In this document: in pieces, positions 13,481 to 25,400 of the stretch
Layout of the letters: every line of letters begins with the position of its first letter
Position numbering within the stretch: position 1 is the stretch's first letter
Origin: Harriotta raleighana
Taxonomy: Eukaryota
Reading direction: 5' to 3'
Length of the DNA stretch: 64,000 nt
Assembly (NCBI GenBank): GCA_050575255.1
Contig: JBNZDD010013718.1
Location: forward strand, 5,585,611 to 5,649,610
Translations under genes and position numbers: made by a program
The notes under the pieces: model-generated
What the model was told of the DNA's origin: nothing
The model's database searches: none
What the model saw: only the letters and a program-made list of their open reading frames with translations

Positions 13481-15323
13481 TTCACAAATGAAGGGGACAC
13501 GGATGTTGCTGGATAAAAACACCTGGAATTCTCAAATGCCTAAAGTTGCTTTACTCGTGAACAGGGTAGACGTGATTAATTCAGGGGCGTTCCTTAAACC
13601 TTAAAGCATCACATTTAAGCTCATCAATTTGGGCGTAATCACACTGTTTGGTCGGGACTCCCAGTTCCCGGTATAGGGATGTAATTCATAATAAGGCTCA
13701 CAGAGTCACTCTGATTTGATTCACCTTTTGAGTTGCTGCAAAACCTAACCCAGTGGGGATAATTTTAACACATACATTGTTCCCACCTTCGAAAATGTAC
13801 AGTGACAGTTGAGATAAACAGACAGAATGATTTGTAAAAGCTCTTTAAAGTAAGAAAAATCCTCCAATAGATTAGAAATGTTATCAACATCAATCTATAA
13901 TAAAACCAAAGGGACAGATAAGATAGGACAGGGATGGAATAAAGGATGACGTAACTACAAGTAAAGGCTTAAATTTCTTTTAAAATAAAATCTAAAATTG
14001 TGTTTTACTATTTGTCTTAACATGTTACGGTTAACATTACAGTAATATCGTATCTATTACTCCAGTATTAATATTTTGTTAGCATCACAGTGCATGATAT
14101 GTTTCGCCCATAAAATAGAGTCAATTCACTTTACAGTATATTCTGTCAAGCGCTTTTAGATGTCTGAAAATTGTGATAAGGCGTATATCAAATGCAAGGA
14201 TTATCTTTATGAGCTAAAAAAGTATAGACCAGATCTTCACGGAGATAGGACTTTCTATGGAGCTGCCAGCAGTCCAAGGGTTAATTGTTTGGTTAGTTGC
14301 TAGTACACCCTATAAAATTCCATTCTTCACTTTTGTAACAGACAGAACAATATTAAATATGGGCTAAAGATATACCTTTATTTCTCTATGGTGGGGATAT
14401 CCACAAATCCGATCCCCATTGATAGTCACCAAGTAGACAAAAGAGTAAAATCAGGCATCAGGTTTGAAGCACTGCCAATCTGCTTCCTGGTAGATCAATT
14501 GTCTTAATCTCTTTGCAGTCATGGTAGTCCCTTTATCCTGTGCTAATGCAGTGGGAACCTGCCTGGCAGTGGTTTCTTACCAGTAACAAACTCAAGTAGT
14601 TTACTGCCAGCAGTAACATCACTCCTAGTTACCTCAGAGAGAAAATTATGTTTCTAAATATCATTTGCCTGTATTTTTCTAAAGGACTGTTATGCTCATT
14701 TCATAGCACCAAAATGACGTAGCAGAAAACTGATTGCTACATGCTGTGCTGGAAGCACCATTAACCATAGTGAAAAGGTTTAACACAGCCATTCAAGTTT
14801 GCCTTTACATTGCTAAAACTGTAAATACCATCGTCACTAGGAATGAAAACACAGGTGGCAAAACTCCACCTGAACCAAGTGGTTTGTTAGATACTCTAGA
14901 TACAGAGACTCAGAGGTTCTAGTGGAAACAAACAGTGGATTCGGCTGCTAAACATGTTATCCTTTGGAAAACATCATTCAAACCCATTGATTTAATTCCG
15001 CAAGAAATGCTATGGAGGACCATGAAAAGTTTCTTATATAAAAAGGAGCTGCTGTCACAATGGGTGGTGAAACGTCAGAATTTGAACTGGCTAAAAATAT
15101 TCATGAGAAGGCAAATAGTTGGGAAATTTCACGTTAACAGTAGTTAATATAACACAATCCAAACTGCACAGGTCTTTGCAAGGTGTGATAACAATGCTAT
15201 GGAACTGTAATATGTCCAATCACTGTTTACTTTCAGTTCAGAAACTGTCCGTCCCCCAAATGGGTGTCGGATGCTACTGAGAACGCTTCTCTTAAATAGA
15301 CTAAGCCACAGTAGAACCTGCAA

Positions 15324-15475
15324 TTAACTGCTGAGGAGCAGCTTGTTTGCATAGAAGTCCCTGCAGGTCTGGCAGCAACGCTGGTACCATCGCATGTCCT
15401 GACACAGATTCTTCTCTCGTATCACCCTGCAATACACTGTCCACTGGTCTCCTGTGCACTTGTAAGTCAGGGCAG
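15324..15475 (-). CDS. ADAMTS17: ADAMTS17 last coding exon, PLAC domain and stop (152 nt of CDS)
   Basis: accaag|CT...; [50 protein letters not shown]; TAA at 15326-15324. Confidence 0.94.
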
Positions 15476-15937
15476 CTTGGTGATTCCAACATGTAAGCAG
15501 AAAACAGAGTTAGAAATCGATTATTTACTTAAGCATTAACGTACAGAAAACTACCATTCAATAACATTTTCCTATACAGTACTTGAGTCTCCTTTGAATG
15601 GATTTTGTTCCCCAAATTCCATCCACACGCCATGTTACCTTTAATACCATGACTTTTAAACTGACATTAATCTCTTATGTGAAACCTTACCAAAAGGTTT
15701 TTGGAAAGACCCTAAAAATAGCATCCGTATCTATAATTAATTAAACTCAGTCATTAAGTGAATCTTTACTGACTGTCCCTGATTTTATTAATCTTCTGAT
15801 GCTTGTCTTTTTTTCACACAACTTAAACATACTACTGTACATAAAAGATACAAACAGAGAAACACTGGCTGATCTGGGGCTATTGTCACACCAAACATCC
15901 CAATAATATGTAATATATTAACTGCTCCTGCACTCAC

Positions 15938-16115
15938 CAAGCCTGGGCGATGTGATGGTGTTCACGTTTATCTTTTCATTACATGGCTCCTGGTGGCATT
16001 GTTTGTATGCCGCTGGCTTGGTTACTGACGGACACTCAGTGCCATGGCGACCGGTGACTTTGTGCATACACTGAACCACTCGTGACTGGAGGCCTCTCCC
16101 ACACGTGGATGAACA
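15938..16115 (-). CDS. ADAMTS17: ADAMTS17 penultimate exon, TSR5 (178 nt, phase 0-1)
   Basis: ttttttag|TGT...CTTG|gtgagt; [59 protein letters not shown]. Confidence 0.95.
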
Positions 16116-16132
16116 CTAAAAAAGTCAAAGAA

Positions 16133-16420
16133 CAATAATAGCTCGTGTTTATGTAACACCCATCACGTAATAGAATAATGGAACGCCTTACAGTGATGCT
16201 GGTCTCCGAGTAGGGAGGGGACATAGGGTTGTGACCATAAGTGAGGTTGAAGGCATAGGTTTTAAGACAAAAATTGAAGATGGATATAAAGGAGCAATGA
16301 GCAGAAGAGAGGGCGTTCAGGAGATTATGGTTGTAGGTTTGGAAAATTCGATCATCAATGGTCAAACAAATGGTGCAGGTTAGAGCCGGGGATATCGATG
16401 TGGTGCGGGAGGAGTTTGGA
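16133..16420 (-). mobile_element. Degenerate L2 3' end immediately upstream of the penultimate exon
   Basis: Minus-strand peptide F..CLKTYAF followed by tail ctgtaaggcgtt...cgtgatgggtgttacataaacacgagctattattgtt. Confidence 0.65.
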
Positions 16421-16534
16421 AAGATAAGAAGGGCATTAAGTGAACAAGAAGCAGGACTCTGCGTCACCAACAGAAATTCGGCTTCAAGGAACAAAACGGC
16501 CAAGTTAACATTGATTTTGTTAATGAAAAGAAAA

Positions 16535-16790
16535 ACATGCAATTTGATAAGTGTCCTATCACATTGCATCTCATCTCAGAACAATGCACAAGTAATTACT
16601 ATCAGGTACAGCAACTGTTTTGTAGGCAAATGAAGCAGTCATATGCAGTAGCCAGGCTCCATTAAGAGTAATGAGATGGGTGATCAATTCATCAAAGGAC
16701 TGTTGGCTCAGGCGCTGAGGTAAACTCCCTTCCCTTTTCAAATACTGTAGTGTCATAGGAATCTTCGACATTCACCTGCACCAAAATAAT
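16535..16790 (-). mobile_element. Degenerate Deu-domain SINE (SacSINE1/AmnSINE1-like)
   Basis: Reverse complement caggtgaatgtcgaagattcctatgacacta...tttgaaaagggaagggagttt resembles the Deu core as I recall it. Confidence 0.55.
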
Positions 16791-17349
16791 TCATTTTCAC
16801 TCTTGAAACAGTTCTGAGAAATGTTATTTTGATTTCTATGTTACAGTGCTGGAAATAGAAACTAGAGACTGCCTGCCTTAGTTCTGTCTAGTCTGATCGT
16901 GTGAGGGAGCTGAGGTAACCACTATGACCTTGGTCAATTCAGCAATTGTTTTATTTTCTAAAATGCGTAAATGTGTAATTAGTTGTTACTTCAGATCTGC
17001 CAAACTCACCGTGCGGATGTCACCAGCACTCGGGTTTTAAAAAGCACAACAGACTGGTGAGAATAATTTGATAATCAAGTTCTTTATATCTACACTGCTG
17101 TTTTAATTGGGCCTCATAGGTGCCATTCCTTATTTAAATTGAAGCTTTTTTTAAAAAAAAAAGATTTAAAAATCTGGCCCAGAATTAGGCTATATTATTT
17201 ATCAGGAAGACACCATGGTGCTATTAGGCAGCTATATGTGTCATGTCAGCCGTGACTGGCATCAGCACTGAGAGATGTAAACTAACACGGAAATGCAAAC
17301 TAATATAATGGGGAAAAGGCAAGTCAATTGGGCTAATTGGATTGGTCTT

Positions 17350-17570
17350 TCTTTCTCTTTTCGAATAGTGTCAATGGGATCTTTAACATCCACCTGAATA
17401 GGCAAATGGTACCTCGGTTTAACATCTCATCTGACGGACCTCTGATAATGCAATCCGTCTCCATCACTGCATTGAGGTGACAACTGAGACTGTTAGGCCA
17501 GTTGTGGGCCTTGCATCAAAAACCTTCTGACTCAAAATCAATTGTGGTCATCAATTGAGCCTGGACTCTC
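17350..17570 (-). mobile_element. Degenerate Deu-domain SINE
   Basis: Reverse complement cagatgagatgttaaaccgaggtacc...ttcaggtggatgttaaagatcccattgacactattcgaaaagag is the Deu core; related copies at 23260-23380, 38610-38800 and 51750-52000. Confidence 0.7.
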
Positions 17571-19886
17571 ATTTCCCAGCGCAAATATACTAAGACTTTT
17601 TAAAAAAAAACTAGATTCTCTAACATAATTGAAACGCAATAAACAGAACAGGTGATGTAGGTACTTGTCACATGGAGTTAATGGCTTTTCTTAACGTCAG
17701 TTGAGACTCCTAACTGCACTGCATTGCACTGTACAGCTTGTGATTGAAAAAGCAGTCACTCAAATTAAAATAAACGGAAAGACTGATGGCAATCAGCTGA
17801 TGTCAGAACATCTGGAGCTGAATAAATGGCTGAGCAGCGACATTTCAGTTAGTTCTTTGTTTGCCCCATTTGATTTTTTTTATGCTGTCTTTCTCCTGCA
17901 AAGCAACTTCAAAAGTGAAGTGGATATGGAATACTCCAGGCTGCTGATTCTATGGAAATTGCTCTGTTTATACTGGAAGATGACTCACAGAACCGGCAGT
18001 AATAAACTACACAAAACACATGTTCAGGCAATGAATGTATCGGCAAGATATCACTGGTCAGAAAAAATGCCGGCATTGTATAACTGGAAGAACTTTTTAT
18101 TGTACTCTGTAACCTGTAGTGCTGTACTGACAGTGGTCTCACTACATTTACCTTGTATTGAAACAGCCTCTCTTACCTGAACTTACAGCAGCTTTATCTC
18201 CCTTAGTCTCTACAACAACAAAATCACATCTACAGGAATTCTTTTTCTCTTACCCTGCCTTGACAGCGGACCTCCTTCTCTTACTTTGTAGCATTGGCCA
18301 CAGTCCTGCCACTTTGCTCCGCGAGACAGAGCACCCCTCAATATAGACCTTGGAGTGGGGAGTGCGGGAGATTTTAAAGATTCATTTTTGACAAATGATT
18401 TTAGGTTTCACTTTCATTCCTGCGGCAGATTTTGTGTCAAAAATCAGTTTGAGTTTTGCTTTGGCTTCTCACCAGTTTCTTCAAAGCAAAATTTAATTGA
18501 CGGATTGGACAACTCTCTCTGAAATGATAATCCGATGAAAGATACATTCACACTGCATCAGTCGGTATGCATTACTCTAACCCAGATTATTGATCTTGAC
18601 TTCAATGCGGATCCCTGACTATCCAGCAACTTGGGAACTCCTCCTGATGTGAAAAATGCTGTACAAATGTAATACGTTGTTGACTAACGTGTCTCTTCAA
18701 TAATTCTGAATGAATTTATGCTTTTTTTATTAAAAAATCAGGCTGAGAAACAACAACAACAAAATTAAATTTGTGTAATACCTTTCATGTGGGAGAGACA
18801 ATTTCTTGCTAGAATTTTCAAAAGCAGGGACAACCATACTGAAATCCCACATTTGATTTAAATTGTGATAAAATTGATCCTTCCCCCTATCCGAAAAGGA
18901 TCATTCCGCATCACAAAGTTTCCCGTTATCTTCCTTCCATGGCAGGAATATGCCCTGCGATCAGGTGAAGGAGAAACCAGATTAAATAACGTTGTTCCAT
19001 TTGGTATATGCAGCAACACTGAAAGGTAACTGGATGCTATCTGCATGTTGCTGAATGCAAAATTTTGCAGGGTTAATGAGAAAACATTTTCCCAAGGTCT
19101 AGATTTACTTTATCTTCTGAACATTTTGGAGCATCCAGAATTTGGCAAATTATTAAATTCAGTCTTACCTTTGAAACTGATTTAGTGCAGTCCCTAAAAG
19201 AGAATACAAGTTCAAAATTGGCTTTAAAATTACATCAGCATTTAAGAATTTGCCAAACTCTGGACCCAGGTGAAATTTCTACTGAGTAGGTAATGCCTAT
19301 TTCAGTCAAATGGAAATTCCTATTCATACACGAAACTCTCAGTAGTTTGGTTTGGATACTTGACCACAGAGATGGGTTTCTGTTTACACACCCAGCAGAC
19401 CAAAACAGAACCTCAACCACATGTCATACAGAAATCAGAAAGCATATAAACAAGAAAGCCAGATCACCTAAAAGACAACCTATTCTTCAGATAACCCCCC
19501 ACCCCAATCAAGCAACCCCACCCAGTTATTTTCTGCTCCATTGTTTTATTACTGGCACCAATTGCAGCAGATTTTTGAAAATCCGTTATCTTCTATAAGG
19601 AAAATAAACCTATAAAATGTTCCTCTGGAGCCCAGAGAAGTGGAAACTCAGCTGTTTTTTCTGTGTCTGATGCACTGTGTGTGGTCTGAGCACCAAAGAT
19701 ACCACACCTGTGACCCATTCACCAGAGGAAAACTACTTAGTAATGGATTCAGAATGATTGCCCACACATCGGGAAGCACATTACCATTCGATGCCAGATT
19801 CTAATAAAGTACTAAAATCACCATATAGGTTTAATTAGAATTAATGAACTACCTTTTTACAGATACTGTGGGATATCGAATTTATT

Positions 19887-20478
19887 GCACAGAGTGCCAG
19901 GGCGAAGGGAAACAGAGTTTCCCAGAGCAACAGAACCGAAGTAATTGGAATGAATCTTTAACATGTCTTTTTCAGTATTTTTTAAAACAACAAATACACA
20001 TGGTTGAGAGCAGGGCGTCCACCATTTCCATTAGAGCTATTTGCATTCATTGGGGGTATTTGAACAACACGTTTAAAGGCTGTCATGGCGAGGCTCTCAT
20101 CTGCTCAGCCCACCCATATTGAAATCCTTTGTCTTTCCATCACAACAAGACTGCTGCTGCACTTGAAATTATTCATCTTTTTAAAATTATATTTGCGATA
20201 GATTGTTGAATGTTGAAATTGTACTAGACCCCAGTTAAGGAATATTACAATATTTTCTTTCGACTGGGTGGGCTGAGCAGATGACAGCCTTGCCCTGACA
20301 GCCTTTAATTCAAATACCCCCAATGAATGCAAATAGCTCTAATGGAAACGGTGGACACCCTGCTCTCAACCATGTGTATTTGTTTTTTAAAAATGCACAG
20401 AAAAAGTCAAGTTAAAGAATAGTTCTAATTACTTCAGTTCTGTTGCTCTGGGGAAACCTTCGCCTTGGCACTCTGTGC
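19887..20478. mobile_element. Fold-back (long inverted repeat) element, probable non-autonomous DNA transposon
   Basis: Arms 19887-20116 and 20265-20478 are reverse complements; ccattagagctatttgcattcattgggggtatttgaa pairs exactly; spacer ~150 bp. Confidence 0.85.
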
Positions 20479-22348
20479 CAGTAGAGTCCTTATTTCCTAT
20501 GATGTTGGAGCCTGTGTCTGCAACCCCATCAAGCGAAGACCCCAAGGGGCCATTGATTAACTAATTGTTTTACTCAGTTTTTTTTGTGTGTGTGGTTATG
20601 TGCAACAATTCCAAACTCTCATAAAAACAATGACTATTATTATACAGACCAAGACTTGAAAAGTAAAGCCAGATGTGAGTGTCTTTATAATCTATTATTG
20701 CCTTCCAGTAATGTTACTCGTCAAACATCTTCCGACAGATGAAACTGATGTCTTGTACGCGTTAGAATGCTCTTGTTTTGTATCTTCTTGTATTGTACAC
20801 ATGCAACACATTTTAATTATTTTAACATTCCTATTAATTCAAGCAAAGAAAATTAATATTTTCAAGTTCAATTGAAATGTCACAGTCCTCACAGTGGCAG
20901 AGAAAACTTTCTAATTCAAAGTCATACATGCACTGACATCAATCTCAGAATTATTTCCTGGCTCATTGACAGAGAAATTTTTAGCAGGATTGATGTCACA
21001 ACGAAACAAAAACACCCGTGAGATATTGATTCAACAAAACGGCAATTCAGCACAAGAACAAATTGCATTAAAACGCAATTAGTGGCCAGTGAATTATTTG
21101 GGTTCAGAACTTTGAAGTTATATGAATTAGTTTATGGGGGCTACAACCTTAATATTCGTTTAATCATAATGCTTCAGAGAGAATTCCCTCATTAAATGCA
21201 TCTTCAGAGAGAAGATGCTTAAGAGCTTCAGCGTCTTTTCCGACAGGAAGTAAAAGGTCATAAGCAAGTACAAGTTTGGGAATGCGATGTGTGTTTTCCA
21301 AATTTTGTAAAGTAATATTTAAAACAAATTGATAGAATATTACTTAAAAGAAATGATGGATGTTGTGGAATTCTCCAGCCATTGCGGGGTAGAGAGGAGC
21401 TAATATTTTAATTCAAATAGATTTTCAAATGTATATGGCTTGAGGAATGGGTTGCAGGTTGTGTTGGAAACAGAGTGCATTCTTCAGATGACAACAACTA
21501 TCTACTTCATCCTAGTGAAGCTCCTGTAATTAAATAGCATTGCCAATCAGTCAAACCCACTACTTTATATAACAATACGGTGCTCAAATGATTTCATCAG
21601 TTGACAAGATTGATAACGGAATCCTGCTTGAAGAATATTTTGGTGAGATGGCTGTCAAGACCAGGAGTTTAATTTGATTTGTAAGCAAGGAAATTTGTTT
21701 TATTTGTTAAATAGTTGTAAAGCATTACTGTATTAAAATATGCCTAGTATATTTCTGAGACTACCACGTCACCAAAGTATTGCATGACTTCAAAGCTCTC
21801 CAATGTAAAAAAGATACATTGTACTACATTCAACATGCATTAACATACTGGACAATGCTAAACAGCATAGCAGTCGACTTAAAGCTAATTAGGAAAATAC
21901 TTATAAAGCACCAAATGTGAGAATGCACTAAAGACCAGCACATGATTGTACTTAACATAATGGCACCCAGGTTTAGCAAGATATATGAACCACCACTCAC
22001 GCCCTTCTTAGCTCTTACTCAAGTGCAATCATGAATCGCTTTACTTGTGATTAAAGACTCAACAATCTGGCATCTAATAACCCTCTGTTAGACCTTTCAT
22101 CCTTGTTCACACAAGTAATTTGTCCACAATAATACACTGTAAACTGCCTGCAGTCAATAAGCAATCATCCTGTCCTCCACAGCGAAAGGCCAAAGCTTTT
22201 ACCATTTAAAATAGGGCATTTTTTTGGTTGCGATAAGATGAGGTCAGCTGAATACGTTCCAATAAATTGGTTTATAAATAGTAATATTTTAAACCTCTCT
22301 ACAAATCGCTGGCATTACCCATATTTAAATATCATCATTCTGAACACT

Positions 22349-22431
22349 AAATCTATCCAGCTCCAATTATTCCCCCATTATTAGAATGATTATTAATATA
22401 AAATCTAACCTGCTCCAATTATTCCCCATTG
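22349..22431. repeat. Short direct duplication, 52-bp period
   Basis: aaatcta.cc.gctccaattattcccc(c)att at 22349 and 22401. Confidence 0.8.
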
Positions 22432-25400
22432 TTTGCCTCAGCCTGCAGTTTGACAATGATCAATAAATCTCGCCAGCTTTGTATCTGCCCTGACTTCAAA
22501 ATCACCTGTGTGCAATAAACAAAAATAGACCAAGTCCTCAGGAACCAGATCTGACATCTTTGAGGGAGAAATCCCAACTGGCTCTATTTATGTAGCATTT
22601 TAGAGCACAGGGAATTTGGCAAAGACCTATTTTCAAAGCCAGTTTTCTATACTTCAAAAAAATCTTCAAATTTAAGGTAAGAGTTGAACAAATTCTGGAT
22701 GCTCCAAAATGTTATGGAAATAGAATAAACCTAAAGCCAGCTGGGAATTTCTCCCAACTTATTCCGTATAGAAAACCTCTTCTCTTCTTATTCATCAATT
22801 CAAACCAGATTCTTCCCGTCTATTCCTGTATGTTTTGATATTGTAGATCAATTTCCTGGGTGGCATGGTGTCAAAAGGCTTGTACAAGTCTATATACACA
22901 AAACTCGTATACACAAAATCTGTACTGTATATATATAATATATAAAAAATGAAATTTCCATTGAGTTTCCCCAAGGTTAGCTATTTGGGAAAGTCCAGTA
23001 AATTTACCAGGCATAACCACACAGCTATGCTGATTCCATTGTACAGTATTACTCAAATTTTCTCTAGCTGCTTGATAATTCCTGCTTCTGGATGCCTTCT
23101 ACTGTCTTACAGTTGTCACTGGTCTATAGTTCTCAGAATTTTTCATATTCACCCATTTCATCAAGTAGTGTCATATTGACCTTTGTCCAATGATCCAATG
23201 TTAGCCTGTCCCAATATTACCTTATTTCATCTTTAATCTTTATCTTCCTCAACTCTTTCTCTTGTAAGTCTAGGGTGACCATTCCAATGCAGCCTTGGGG
23301 GACAGCTGCAATGTTGGAGGTGCCATCCTTCAGATGAGATGTCAAACAGAGTTCTGTATTCAGGTGAACGTTAAACATCAGAGGTTCTACATATTTTCCA
23401 CAAAAGCCCCTTCAATGTGTTTCATATTCCCATAATCTTAGGACTCATTTTCTAAGGTAACCCTCCGACCAGTTTCTTACACTTACTTTCATGTACATCT
23501 GCCCTCTATTCTGGCTATAGATCTACATTTGAGGAGGACTTTCTCACGAAGTCTTTAGAGCCGAAGTCTTTAGAGGCTATGCCATTTCATCTTTATGTAT
23601 TTGCCTGGGAAATATCACAAGCTCCCTCTCCAACACCAATACGATGGATGACTCAATGAATTCTGCGAATCTTCATTGGACCAATGCCAACAGTATGAAG
23701 TTCCCAGTTTCTTAGTCTTTTAGGTTAAAAGTTCTGAATTATAGAATGGAAACATCAGCAGCAGTGCAGGATTAAAACACAATGCCAGCTAACATATAGC
23801 AGCCCTGGAATGAGAAGCAAAAAAGTAGTTCAAAGTGTTTCGGAAATGCAACTATACCTCATTACTTTCAGAAAGTTTTAGAGCAATCAGCAGACCTAAC
23901 AATTTGGTACCCAACATCCCACTAGAACATACTTCACTGTCATATCAGTGTGGTCTAGCAGCAAAGCATGTTGATGTACCAGTGCAGTCTGGAATAGAGT
24001 ACGAGGGTGTGGGTTAATGCCCATGGATCTCCATACACTGAATTTCTGATCTATGTCAGGCTCTTAGAGGATTCCAATGAGAAAGGAGCATTTCCTTACA
24101 TGGAGAGCGAGTGGGATTGAATTACCCAGTGATGAATCACCAAATCACAAGATCTCATATACATCCCAGCAGAGTGAGCACTAGCTAACATTTTGCAAGA
24201 TTAAAGGTTTGCCTGCTGGACTGAGATTGCTGAGATGCAGAAGTAGAGAAGAGAACTATACTATATACTTGGCTAGAAAAATTATTTCTTCATTTGCAGC
24301 ACGGGTTTACAATGCAAGATACTATTGAAATACTACCAACCAAGAGCTCTTATGCTTCAGGACAGTTGGTCTGCATTATATTGGCTTGATGCTTCGGAAC
24401 CAAAGAGTTTCTGATCCACAGAGAGGTTTGCTGTTTCAGTTAACCAAACTTTTTTTAAAAAACAAAGAATCTGGACAGGCACATGTGCTATTGCTGAAGA
24501 ATGTGATTGGTTTTCTCTAACTAAAGTAACCATTGCTCTTTGCAATAAGTAAGATTGTGTTAAAAACAACTGTGTATGGTCCTCATCGGATATTAATCGA
24601 AATACAACTAACTAATCCTCTAATTCAATTTATCTTTAATTTTGGATAAATACAAGTGACGGTTAAGCCACCTTAGTCTACAAAGGGGTGGCTGTATGTG
24701 GTTATGCAGCCTTCATTCCCAAACAGTTAGTCCAACTCTCTGCTGTGTTCTCAGGAAAGGTCGTGAGAGGAGATGAAGTAGTCCCCTACACAGGAAGGCA
24801 AAGTCTCAGATTACTCTAATGCATGTCTTGGAGACCGTCTTAACTCCAGCATAGTTGGAAGCCTAAGGGAGATTATTTGGCCACTTTCTCAGACAGGAAA
24901 TAGTGCAGGGATCTAGGATGGGGAAAGAGACTAAAATAAACCGGCAGATGTTCAATAAAAAAAACAAGCCTCGCTGAACACTAATTCAAAGCAAATTAAA
25001 AAAAGCTTCATGACACCAATCGCGCTACTGTTGAACAGGGTCACTTTAACACAGATTGGCTGGGGAAAGTACAAAGGATAAGATAAGGTAATTCAGTCAC
25101 TGAAGCTCATCTCTCTGGTACATTAATTCTAAGTATATACTGGCGAGAGTGAAACCACTTTGCTTGGCCTGTCACTTCACAGTCCCAAGTTTGACATGTC
25201 ACAGATGAAGTAGGATAAAACAGTAACACAGAGCATTTAGCACTAAAAGTACTGTCACAATAAGATGCTTACTTCATACCTCTAGGCTTTCCTGATTGTG
25301 TCCTTGTTTCCTGATTGTAATGTCCTACATTACAATTGTAGTTTTCTACCATACAAGTCCTAGTTTTCTCAATTAAGGGAAATTCTGTTGAATCATAAAT

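Larger units (their letters stand above)
12170..15323 (-). other. ADAMTS17: Probable ADAMTS17 3'UTR (end uncertain)
   Basis: Lies downstream of the stop. The minus strand is U-rich around 12.3-12.65 kb. Minus-strand AATAAA occurs at 14377-14382, 13012-13017 and 12184-12189. The end point is inferred. Confidence 0.5.

Noticed and set aside
15301-15492. 63-aa minus-strand ORF over the last exon
   Set aside because: Wrong frame; the PLAC domain is in another frame set by the phase-1 splice.
16036-16569. 177-aa minus-strand ORF
   Set aside because: It runs through L2 debris and overlaps the real TSR5 exon in the wrong frame; no coherent protein.
17701-18180. 159-aa plus-strand ORF
   Set aside because: TTG start, no recognisable domain or exon context; a chance ORF in intronic DNA.
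23548-23577. 15-bp tandem duplication; also a 14-bp one at ~62223-62252 and a G-run at ~31285-31299
   Set aside because: Ordinary slippage products with nothing suggesting function.
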